In this document: positions 56,422 through 64,000 of the stretch, in pieces
Numbering within the stretch: position 1 is the stretch's first letter
Layout: each line of letters starts with the position of its first letter
Source: an uncultured Collinsella sp.
Lineage (GTDB): Bacteria > Actinomycetota > Coriobacteriia > Coriobacteriales > Coriobacteriaceae
NCBI GenBank assembly: GCA_900547765.1
Contig: URIA01000002.1
Location: forward strand, 2,620 to 66,619
Length of the DNA stretch: 64,000 bases
Reading direction: 5' to 3'
Notes under the pieces: model-generated
What the model saw: the letters and a program-made list of their open reading frames with translations, nothing else
The model's database searches: none
What the model was told of the DNA's origin: nothing
Made by a program: the position numbers and the translations under genes

Positions 56422-57627
56422 ATGAGCGGACTGATTATCGATAGCGAAGCCTGTATCGGCTGCGGTCGCTGCGTTCGCGCCTGTGCCTCGGGCGGCATCG
56501 TAGTGGAAGGCGAGCGACCCAGCCGATGCGCCCGCGTAACCGACGGCTGCATCCTATGCGGTGGGTGCGTCGACGCCTGCCCTGTCAACGCTATCTCGAT
56601 CGAGCGTGACGAGGCCGCTGGTGCGGTTGACCTCGATGCGTATCGAGACATTTGGGTATTCGTGCAGACCGACGAGCACGATACGGTGACTCCCGTTGCC
56701 TATGAGCTTATGGGCAAGGGCCGCGAGCTTGCCGATGCGCGCGGCTGCCGTCTGGTGGCACTGGTCGGTATGGGTCCCGAGGGTTCTCTCGGCGACCTGG
56801 AGCATCTGGTTTGCGCGGGCGCCGACGAAGTCCTGGCCTGTCGCGACGAGCGCCTGCGCCAAAACGATGCGGAGGTCTACGCCCGCTTGATCTGCGATTT
56901 GGTAGCCGAATGCAAACCCGAGGCCATCCTATACGGTGCGACCGCCTTTGGCCGCGAACTGGCACCCGGCGTTGCCGTGCGCTTGCAGACGGGCCTTACG
57001 GCTGACTGCACCGTACTTTCGATGGATACGGAGACGGGACTGCTGCAACAGACGCGTCCGGCGTTTGGCGGCAACCTAATGGCCACCATCGTCTGCCCCA
57101 ATCATCGTCCCCAGATGGCAACGGTTCGTCCCGGCATCTTTAAGGCGCCCGACTTTGACTACAACCGCTCTGGCACGATCACCCAGATATCGCTTGCGGA
57201 TGATGCTAAGGCCCGTGTCGAGATCTCGATTCCCGCCGAGGAGTGGGGGCGGCAGGCTTCGATCGCCGATGCCGAGCGCCTGGTCGTGGTGGGTCGCGGC
57301 ATTGGTTCCAAGAAAAACCTGCCGCTGATGCGAAGGCTCGCCGAGGCTCTGGGAGCCGAGCTTGGTTGCACGCGACCTGTCGTGGAGGCCGGCTGGTTGG
57401 AGTATCGCCATCAGATTGGCCAGACCGGCGTATCGGTTTCGCCCAAGCTTCTCGTGAGTATCGGTGTTTCGGGCGCCATCCAGCATCTTGCCGGCATCGG
57501 TGGGGCGGAGTGCATTATCGCCATCAATGAGGACCCGGATGCCCCCATTTTCGGCGCTGCCCAGTACAAGGTTGTTGGGGACGCCGTCGAGGTCGTCGAG
57601 GAGCTGCTGGCCCAGCTTGAGCGCTAG
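56422..57627 (+). CDS. etfA: Electron transfer flavoprotein alpha subunit with N-terminal 4Fe-4S ferredoxin domain
   Basis: Two CxxCxxCxxxCP clusters at the N-terminus followed by EtfA FAD-binding C-terminal domain (…PKLLVSIGVSGAIQHLAG…). Confidence 0.85.
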   Translation: MSGLIIDSEACIGCGRCVRACASGGIVVEGERPSRCARVTDGCILCGGCVDACPVNAISIERDEAAGAVDLDAYRDIWVFVQTDEHDTVTPVAYELMGKGRELADARGCRLVALVGMGPEGSLGDLEHLVCAGADEVLACRDERLRQNDAEVYARLICDLVAECKPEAILYGATAFGRELAPGVAVRLQTGLTADCTVLSMDTETGLLQQTRPAFGGNLMATIVCPNHRPQMATVRPGIFKAPDFDYNRSGTITQISLADDAKARVEISIPAEEWGRQASIADAERLVVVGRGIGSKKNLPLMRRLAEALGAELGCTRPVVEAGWLEYRHQIGQTGVSVSPKLLVSIGVSGAIQHLAGIGGAECIIAINEDPDAPIFGAAQYKVVGDAVEVVEELLAQLER

Positions 57628-58436
57628 GCGCGCGCCAGCCAGTCGCGCATCTCGTCCTTTAGGCGGCTCCAGGTTGCCTGCGTGGCGGGGTCGGTAAAGG
57701 GCTGTGTAATGCCAAAGGGCGCGTCGAGCAGGCGGTGGATATCACCCTGTTCGCGCGCCAGCGCACGGCTTGCCGGATAGACGAGCTCAAACATAAAGCA
57801 GATAAGCCCCACCAAGAAGTCGGCGGGCTCATCGCGCTCATCGCGTGCGACGCAGCGGTGCTCGTCAAAGGCGGCAAGTGTCGGCGACGAGAAACGGCTG
57901 CCGAGAAACGTCTTCTCGTCCACCTTGAGGATAGTGTCGACGGTGCTGTCGGCGATGGTGCGCATAATGTCGATCTTGTCACCATCGCGCACGATATCGC
58001 AGAAGCACCGTGTACGCTCGTCGAGTTGTGCCGGCAGGCGAAAGTCGCTGTGATAGGCGATGCTCGCTCGGATGAGCTCGTCATGCGCACCGGTTTCGAT
58101 AAAGTCACGGATGTTTGTCGTGGCGGGTGCATCGGCGGGATTCTCGCCAAAGAGGACCTCGATGCCCAGCGCCGCATGGCTCATGCTCTCGGCGTCCTTA
58201 AAGGTGTCCCAGCGTCGTAGCTGCTCAAAGCGGCCCATATCGTGTAGCAGGCCGCAAAGCCATGCCAGGTCAATATCTTCTGACGACCAGCCCTGCTCGC
58301 GCGCTACGGCATCGCATGCCTCGGCAACGTGGTACGTATGCTCGATTTTGAGCGCGATGCGTGGGTTGGTGGCGTCGTAGGCATCGGTGTAGCTTTTGAA
58401 GGCCGCGCGCGCCCGGTCTCGATCGATAGCTGTCAT
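57624..58436 (-). CDS. HD-domain phosphohydrolase
   Basis: H…HD motif (EHTYHVAE … LLHDMGR); RBS AGGAAG. Confidence 0.75.
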   Translation of the reverse strand: MTAIDRDRARAAFKSYTDAYDATNPRIALKIEHTYHVAEACDAVAREQGWSSEDIDLAWLCGLLHDMGRFEQLRRWDTFKDAESMSHAALGIEVLFGENPADAPATTNIRDFIETGAHDELIRASIAYHSDFRLPAQLDERTRCFCDIVRDGDKIDIMRTIADSTVDTILKVDEKTFLGSRFSSPTLAAFDEHRCVARDERDEPADFLVGLICFMFELVYPASRALAREQGDIHRLLDAPFGITQPFTDPATQATWSRLKDEMRDWLARA

Positions 58437-58562
58437 AATGACTTCCTAAAAAGTTGTGTCTTTCGATCCGGTGGCAATTGTAGGTGAACTCGGTTGCTGT
58501 CGGATGATGATTCTGCCGTGTCGCTACATGCGGTTCGGAGACCTTGTCAGGATGAGAAGCGT

Positions 58563-59255
58563 ATGGTGCTCAAAATCGTTAGAACCGTCTGGCCGGTGAT
58601 GCTTACCTATGTTGCAATAGGCGCGCCGTGCGGAATGATCATGGGGCAGACGGGAATGGAGCCCTGGATGGTCTTTGCTCTAAGCAGTACGTTTGTGACG
58701 GGCAGCGGCCAGTTTATGATCTGCAACCTGTGGCTGGCGGGTGTGCCTGCAGCATCGATCGTCGCGAGCGTTGCCGCCATCTCCTCGCGTTTTGCGCTTT
58801 ACTCGGCATCGATCGCACCGCATCTGAGGGGTGCCTCGAAGCGTCAGACGCTGGCTGTTGCCGCGACACTTACCGAGGAAGCATATGGCATCTCGCTTGC
58901 CAAGTTGGTTGAAGGGGAGGATTGGGGCCCGCGCGAGTCCTTTGTGCTCAACGTGATCCTCATCGCAACATGGGGCGTTTCGTGTACGATGGGCGCCATC
59001 GTCGGCGCCGTTGTCGATGTTCCCACCGCCATTGCAGCCTTTGTCTGCACCTCGCTCTTTATCTGCCTGCTCTTTTCGCAGCGGCTGTCGCGCGGCAACG
59101 TTGTCGCAGCGGTTTCGGGCGCGGTGTCCGTCGCCGTATGCAAGTTCTTGGGCCTCGCGAATATTGCCGTGCCGGCAAGCGTCGTGGTCGGCATTGCCAT
59201 TGCGCTGGCGTGCGATGCTGTATTTGACGGAAGAGGTGCCCGCGATGCCCGTTAA
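58563..59255 (+). CDS. azlC: AzlC-family branched-chain amino acid exporter subunit
   Basis: Polytopic AzlC-like sequence, paired with the downstream AzlD-like gene. Confidence 0.75.
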   Translation: MVLKIVRTVWPVMLTYVAIGAPCGMIMGQTGMEPWMVFALSSTFVTGSGQFMICNLWLAGVPAASIVASVAAISSRFALYSASIAPHLRGASKRQTLAVAATLTEEAYGISLAKLVEGEDWGPRESFVLNVILIATWGVSCTMGAIVGAVVDVPTAIAAFVCTSLFICLLFSQRLSRGNVVAAVSGAVSVAVCKFLGLANIAVPASVVVGIAIALACDAVFDGRGARDAR

Positions 59256-59568
59256 CGAGTTCTTGGTTCTGTGGCTGTCGTCGTGGGCTGCTATCGCGTT
59301 CTTTCGCATCGCGCCGGCGTTCGCCTTGCGCGGGCGGACCCTGTCGCCCCGCATTACCGAGGCCCTAGGCTATATCCCGCCCGCTGCCTTTGCCGCGCTG
59401 GTCGCCAACGACTTGGTGAACCCCGGCGCGTTCGACGCGGGACTCTGGCCTGCCTTGGTTCCCTGGATTGCGGCCGCCGGCGTCGTGGCGGTGGCAATCA
59501 AGACAAAGTCGATGTTGTGGTGCTGCGTTTCGGGCATCGTGTTCTATATCGTTTTGAGCCTCGTATAG
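59245..59568 (+). CDS. azlD: AzlD-family branched-chain amino acid transport protein
   Basis: ~107-aa small hydrophobic protein overlapping the azlC stop; RBS GAAGAGGTG. Confidence 0.7.
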   Translation: MPVNEFLVLWLSSWAAIAFFRIAPAFALRGRTLSPRITEALGYIPPAAFAALVANDLVNPGAFDAGLWPALVPWIAAAGVVAVAIKTKSMLWCCVSGIVFYIVLSLV

Positions 59569-59709
59569 GAGCAGGACGCGTTATCGTCCCGGCCTATCGA
59601 ATCGAATTTCTCACCGAGGCGGTCTGCTTCTTCTGGTACCATGGTCAAACTTTACTGTAGCAAAGCGTGACGTGGGCTTTTGTTCTGCGTCAGCGGAAAT
59701 GGGGGTTTC

Positions 59710-60732
59710 ATGGCACAGGAAGCGACCGCCAACGAGCAAAAGAAATTCAAGGTACCGCGCATCCCGGGCGACATCATGATCTATCCGATGATCGTCGGCC
59801 TTTTGCTCAATACCTTCTGCCCGCAGGTCTTTGAGGTCGGCGGCTTCTTTACGGCTGCCTGCCGCGGCGGCTCCAACACCATCGTTGCCGCGATCTTGCT
59901 GTTTGTGGGCGCCGGCATCAGCTTTAAGTCCACGCCGGGCGCCATCAAGACCGGCATCGTCGTGCTGATTCCTAAGCTTGTAGTGGCAGCCGCGCTGGGT
60001 CTGGGCGTCGCGTACTTCTTTAACGATAACTTTTTAGGCCTGAGCTCGGTTTCCATCATCGGCGGCATTACGTTTTGCAACATGGCGCTCTATACGGGTA
60101 TCATGGGCGAGTTCGGCGATGAGTCCGAGCAGGGCGCTGTCGGTATCCTGTTCTTTACGGCCGGCCCCGCCGTCACGATGATCATCCTTGGTGTTTCGGG
60201 TCTCGCCAACATCCCCGTCGGCACCATCATCGGATCCATCCTGCCGCTTGTTATCGGCATGGTCCTGGGCAACTTGTTCCCGTTTATCAAGAACCTGCTG
60301 GTTCCCGGCGCCAATCCCGCGATCGCTGTAATTGGTTTTCAGCTCGGTGCGTCCATGAGCCTTTCGAGCTTCATCGCCGGTGGCATTTCGGGCATCCTGC
60401 TGGGCCTCATCACGCTCTTTATCGTCGGTCCCATTACCTTTGCCTTCGAGCGCCTGTGTGGCGGCAATGGTAAGGCGGCTGTGGCATGTTCCACCATTGC
60501 CGGCACGGCCATGACCACGCCGGTCGCCCTCGCCGAGGTCGCTCCGCGCTATGCCGAGCTTGCGCCCACCGCGTATGCGCAGATCGCCACTGCCGTCATC
60601 ATCACGGCAATCATGGCCCCGATTCTGACCGGCTGGGTCGATAAGAAGTTCTGCCAGAGCAAGGAAGACCTGTCGCCTGCCGGTGTCGAGGCCATCGAAG
60701 AGGCTGTCGCGACCGACATCGATGGCGAGTAG
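59710..60732 (+). CDS. kdgT: 2-keto-3-deoxygluconate permease family transporter
   Basis: KdgT-type sequence (…IPGDIMIYPMIVGLLLNTF…); ~340 aa. Confidence 0.75.
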   Translation: MAQEATANEQKKFKVPRIPGDIMIYPMIVGLLLNTFCPQVFEVGGFFTAACRGGSNTIVAAILLFVGAGISFKSTPGAIKTGIVVLIPKLVVAAALGLGVAYFFNDNFLGLSSVSIIGGITFCNMALYTGIMGEFGDESEQGAVGILFFTAGPAVTMIILGVSGLANIPVGTIIGSILPLVIGMVLGNLFPFIKNLLVPGANPAIAVIGFQLGASMSLSSFIAGGISGILLGLITLFIVGPITFAFERLCGGNGKAAVACSTIAGTAMTTPVALAEVAPRYAELAPTAYAQIATAVIITAIMAPILTGWVDKKFCQSKEDLSPAGVEAIEEAVATDIDGE

Positions 60733-60780
60733 CAATCGATACCCATCAATGATTCCGGCATGCAACTCGCGCCGTTTGAA

Positions 60781-60818
60781 CGCCCGAACGAGAGCTGTCT
60801 TGCAGTGACGTTCGGGCG
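60781..60818 (+). terminator. Terminator hairpin after kdgT
   Basis: CGCCCGAACG…CGTTCGGGCG perfect 10-bp stem. Confidence 0.5.
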
Positions 60819-60920
60819 CTCTGCTATTATTCCCCTTACCCCTGCGGAGTAGGGGGTGTTTGTTGCCCAGATTCGAATTGGGCGATTTTGGCCACTTGGA
60901 TATAGAGGGGATGGAGCCTG

Positions 60921-62063
60921 GTGGTTAAGGCACTCAAGATCGAGATATTTATGCTGTGCATGATTATTCTTATCGGGCTTGCCGCGCGAAGTCGCCGCTC
61001 CTTGTTCTCGAGCACCCAGCAGCTATTGTTTAGCATGCTCGGCTACACCTCTGCCGCCTACATTTTCTTCGATATGATTTGGACGCTCTCGGACGGCGTG
61101 AGCACTCCTGTGGGCATTACAGCCAACTGGATTTCCAACGCGGTCTCGTTTTCGCTGTTCGCCATCGCGTGCCTCATTTGGTTCTTCTATTCCGAGACGA
61201 TGCAGGGCTCGCGATTCCTGGCCACGCGCTACAGGATGGCACTCGTGGCATTGCCTACGGCGGTAGTGGTCGCCCTGGCATTTACCAGCTACTGGACACA
61301 CACTCTTTTCTATATCGATGCGCAAGGCGTATATCGTCGCGGTGCAGCTTATATGATTCAGCCTATCGTTAGCTACTGCTACGTCATATATACGTCCTTG
61401 CATGCCTTTGTTCAGGCTCGAAAAGTCGAAAGCCTGCAAAAGAAGGCCATTTATCGCACCCTCGCCTTTTTCGCGGTCCCCGCTCTGGTGGGCGGTACCT
61501 TTCAGGTCGTATTTTCGGTGCCCGGCCTTTGCGTCGGCATAATGATCAGTATTTTGCTGCTCTATATCGTCTACCAGGAGCAGCTGATCTCGACTGACCC
61601 ATTGACTGGACTCAACAACCGTAACCGTTTTGAGACCTATATGCTGTCGCTGTTCTCGGGTGCTGACCAGGCCGATGATGTGTATCTGCTGATGATGGAT
61701 GCTGACGGCTTTAAGCAGATTAACGACCACTATGGACATGTCGAGGGCGACCATGCCCTTCAGGTTGTTTCGAAGGCGCTCAAGGACGTCTGTTCGATGT
61801 CCGGCGGCTTTATCGCGCGCTATGGCGGCGATGAGTTCGTGGTGCTCCAAAAGGCAGCGACGGAACGGGACATCATAGACCTGTGCACGGCGATCAACGA
61901 CGAACTCGCTCGTGCCGAGGTGCCGTATCTGTTGCAGATGTCTATCGGTTACGCGCGGGTTGGCGATGGGATCGATACCTGGCAGGATTTGCTTCGTGCT
62001 GCCGATGCGGAGCTCTATCGCGTCAAGGGCGAGAAGAAGAAAGTCGGCGTCCAGATACGCTAG
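60921..62063 (+). CDS. Diguanylate cyclase (GGDEF domain) with N-terminal membrane sensor domain
   Basis: Six TM helices, then GGDEF domain with RYGGDEF active-site motif. GTG start; exact start uncertain. Confidence 0.8.
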   Translation: MVKALKIEIFMLCMIILIGLAARSRRSLFSSTQQLLFSMLGYTSAAYIFFDMIWTLSDGVSTPVGITANWISNAVSFSLFAIACLIWFFYSETMQGSRFLATRYRMALVALPTAVVVALAFTSYWTHTLFYIDAQGVYRRGAAYMIQPIVSYCYVIYTSLHAFVQARKVESLQKKAIYRTLAFFAVPALVGGTFQVVFSVPGLCVGIMISILLLYIVYQEQLISTDPLTGLNNRNRFETYMLSLFSGADQADDVYLLMMDADGFKQINDHYGHVEGDHALQVVSKALKDVCSMSGGFIARYGGDEFVVLQKAATERDIIDLCTAINDELARAEVPYLLQMSIGYARVGDGIDTWQDLLRAADAELYRVKGEKKKVGVQIR

Positions 62064-62068
62064 AAAAA

Positions 62069-62103
62069 GGGGCGCACGACCGTTGCGATGGTCGTGCGCC
62101 CCC
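62069..62103. terminator. Bidirectional terminator between convergent GGDEF and EamA genes
   Basis: GGGGCGCACGACC-gttgcgat-GGTCGTGCGCCCC flanked by an A-run upstream and a T-run downstream. Confidence 0.65.
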
Positions 62104-62173
62104 TTTGTGTTGGCGGGATTAGTAGCGACTGTCGAAGATGCGCCTCGTCTTTTTCTCGGAACGGGGTGGCCTA

Positions 62174-63109
62174 CTAGGCCTTTTTAGGTTTGTTGACGAT
62201 GATGATACCGCCGCAGACCAACAGCAGGGCAACGATGACGGTAACGGGGCTCGTGCCGGCGCCCTCGCCGAGCAGCAGCGCACTCAGCAGCACGCCGAAG
62301 ACCGGGTTCATAAACCCAAAGACCGAGACGCGGCTGACGGGATTGACGGCAAGCAGGCGCGACCACAGCGAGTAGGCGACCGCGGAGATAAGCGCCATAT
62401 AGATAATGAGCGCGATGGCGGGGGCGATCGCGGTGGGGGAGAGCGCACCACCCATCAAAAAGCCGATGGCGGTGAGGACGAGGCCGCCGACCAGGAACTG
62501 CCAGCCGGCAAGCAACACGCCGTCGTGCTCGCGCGAGAAGATACCGATCAGGCAGGTCGAAAGGGCACCTGCGACGGTGGAGGCCAGGATAAAGCCCTCG
62601 CCGTCGAGCGTAAAGCCAAAGGTTCCGTCCGCGCCCGAAAGGTTGACGAGTGCGACACCGGCAAAGCCCAGCACGCAGCCGAGCACCTTGGCCGCATCGA
62701 GCTTCTCGGTATGAAATGCCAAGGCGGCAAAGAGGATTGCGAGGAAGTTTGCGCTGGCCTCGATGATGGAGCTTGACATGGCGCTGGCGCGCGAGAGTCC
62801 CAAGTAGAAAAAGAAGTACTGTCCAATAGTCTGGAAGAGCGACAGGATGCAGATGGGCTTGATATCGCGAGCCTGCGGAACGAGTGGGCGGCGCTGTGCC
62901 GTGCTCATGCCAACAATGACCAAGGCGCCGGCAAGCGTAAAGCGCAAGCCTGCAAAGAGCAGCTGCGAGGCGCTATCGTGCGCGGGGATGCCAAAGAGTG
63001 CGTAGCCGATCTTGATGCAGGGAAAGGCCGATCCCCAGAGTGCACAGCAAACAAGACAGCCCAGGATAAGTCCGGGCAGGGTGGCGAGATACGGCTTGGG
63101 GCTTTCCAT
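62174..63109 (-). CDS. EamA-family (DMT superfamily) transporter
   Basis: Ten TM helices in two EamA repeats; ATG 63109 with RBS AGGAAGGA. Confidence 0.8.
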   Translation of the reverse strand: MESPKPYLATLPGLILGCLVCCALWGSAFPCIKIGYALFGIPAHDSASQLLFAGLRFTLAGALVIVGMSTAQRRPLVPQARDIKPICILSLFQTIGQYFFFYLGLSRASAMSSSIIEASANFLAILFAALAFHTEKLDAAKVLGCVLGFAGVALVNLSGADGTFGFTLDGEGFILASTVAGALSTCLIGIFSREHDGVLLAGWQFLVGGLVLTAIGFLMGGALSPTAIAPAIALIIYMALISAVAYSLWSRLLAVNPVSRVSVFGFMNPVFGVLLSALLLGEGAGTSPVTVIVALLLVCGGIIIVNKPKKA

Positions 63110-63143
63110 GATGTCCTTCCTACATGCGCGAAGCAAAAAAGAA

Positions 63144-63170
63144 CCCGCCACCGGGTGTGCCGGTGGCGGG
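63144..63170 (-). terminator. Rho-independent terminator after purL
   Basis: Minus strand: CCCGCCACCGG-caca-CCGGTGGCGGG followed by TTCTTTTTTGC. Confidence 0.65.
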
Positions 63171-63208
63171 CGTTGTTACCCGAGGGGATTGTACCCGATG
63201 GGTACGTA

Positions 63209-64000
63209 TTAAGCGAAGTAGGCCACGCCGCTCTCAAAGATCGGCATGAACTTATCGCCGGGGACATGCTCGGGCACGTTGCGATACAGGTTGTCACCGC
63301 GACGCTCGGCATGGCCCATCTTGCCCAGGACGCGGCCGTCGGGGCTCGTGATGCCCTCGATGGCGAGCGCGGAGCCGTTGGGGTTGACGGAAAGATCCAT
63401 GCTCGGCTTGCCGTCCTCGCCCACGTACTGCGTGGCGACCTGGCCGTTGGCGATGAGCTGGGCGAGCACCTCGTCGTTGGCGACAAAGCGGCCCTCGCCG
63501 TGGCTGATGGCGACGGTGTAGGGGTCGTCCAGGCTGCACTGCGACAGCCACGGGGACAGGTTGGACGAGATGCGAGTGCGCACCAGACGGCTCTGGTGGC
63601 GGCCGATGGTGTTGAACGTCAGCGTGGGTGCATCGGGCGTGGCGTCGACGATGTCGCCGTAGGGCACCAGGCCGAGCTTGATCAGGGCCTGGAAGCCGTT
63701 GCAGATGCCCAGCATCAGGCCATCGCGGGCCTTGAGCAGGTCGCGGACAGCCTCGGTGACCTCGGGGGCGCGGAAGAACGCCGTGATGAACTTGGCGGAG
63801 CCGTCGGGCTCGTCGCCGCCCGAGAAGCCGCCGGGGATCATGACGATCTGGCTCTGGCGAATACGACGGGCGAGCTCGTGGGTGCTCTCGGCGACGGCCT
63901 CGGGCGTGAGGTTGTTGATCACGAAGGTGTCGGCCTCGGCGCCGGCGGCGCGGAAGGCGCGGGCGCTGTCGTACTCGCAGTTGTTGCCAGGGAACACGGG
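63209..64000 (-). CDS. purL: Phosphoribosylformylglycinamidine synthase, C-terminal glutamine amidotransferase domain (5' part outside window)
   Basis: GATase region with catalytic LGICNGFQ and downstream HGEGRF; the ORF runs off the window edge. Confidence 0.8.
   Translation of the reverse strand, partial: PVFPGNNCEYDSARAFRAAGAEADTFVINNLTPEAVAESTHELARRIRQSQIVMIPGGFSGGDEPDGSAKFITAFFRAPEVTEAVRDLLKARDGLMLGICNGFQALIKLGLVPYGDIVDATPDAPTLTFNTIGRHQSRLVRTRISSNLSPWLSQCSLDDPYTVAISHGEGRFVANDEVLAQLIANGQVATQYVGEDGKPSMDLSVNPNGSALAIEGITSPDGRVLGKMGHAERRGDNLYRNVPEHVPGDKFMPIFESGVAYFA

Noticed and set aside
60911-60928. ATG at 60911 as the GGDEF gene start
   Set aside because: It is out of frame with the GGDEF ORF and hits a stop after five codons. 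GTG 60921 or ATG 60951 remain the candidates.

Overview
The window is a 64-kb high-GC (roughly 62-65% by eye) chromosomal segment of a Gram-positive, Actinobacteria-type organism. Lipobox lipoproteins, an LPXTG C-terminus and GAGAGGAGG-type ribosome-binding sites give the impression of Coriobacteriia, but that is inference only. I support about 60 protein-coding genes and found no rRNA, tRNA or CRISPR.

Housekeeping and metabolic content:
- a GH1 6-phospho-beta-glucosidase with a LacI-family regulator, then luxS;
- a membrane protein, sensor histidine kinase and LuxR-type response regulator cassette;
- a P-type Mg2+ ATPase (mgtA) with a long structured leader;
- pyrE;
- pdxS and pdxT transcribed divergently from a MocR-type regulator (PdxR);
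- a rubrerythrin, an iron-containing alcohol dehydrogenase and an aldehyde dehydrogenase;
- tRNA methyltransferase trmB;
- an FAD lactate-dehydrogenase-like oxidase with etfB and a ferredoxin-fused etfA;
- azlC/azlD, kdgT, a GGDEF protein, an EamA transporter, and the 3' part of purL.

Accessory content and the points most worth follow-up:
1. A three-gene operon (43.9-49.5 kb, minus strand) of a TerB-N/TerB-C-like protein, a DUF2791-like P-loop ATPase and an Lhr-like DEAD/DEAH helicase. This is the architecture named Shango (SngABC); an internal hairpin immediately precedes the helicase start.
2. A ~122-bp miniature inverted-repeat element (MITE) with 20-bp terminal inverted repeats, in three copies. 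Two copies bracket a lower-GC gene for a restriction-endonuclease-fold protein, and the element's terminal repeat supplies the stop codons of pdxR and of the bracketed gene.
3. Two families of small hairpin repeats: a 37-bp REP-like hairpin (five copies) and a hairpin with covarying stems around a conserved GGGGACGT(T/A)CTTA loop (three copies). A GGGGAC(A/G) motif recurs in the loops of otherwise different hairpins.
4. A module of a HIRAN protein, an unannotated 59-aa acidic/basic ORF and a small metallophosphoesterase, next to a DUF2130 protein.
5. A YdjGHI-like operon pairing an SPFH protein with zinc-ribbon proteins.
6. An in-frame TGA and a frameshift in two predicted surface-protein genes.
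7. A bacterial Elp3 homologue.

The ORF track evidently accepts GTG and TTG as start codons, so several true starts are internal to the listed ORFs. I revised them from ribosome-binding-site context, not from any search. All family assignments rest on motif recognition by eye; no database searches were run.
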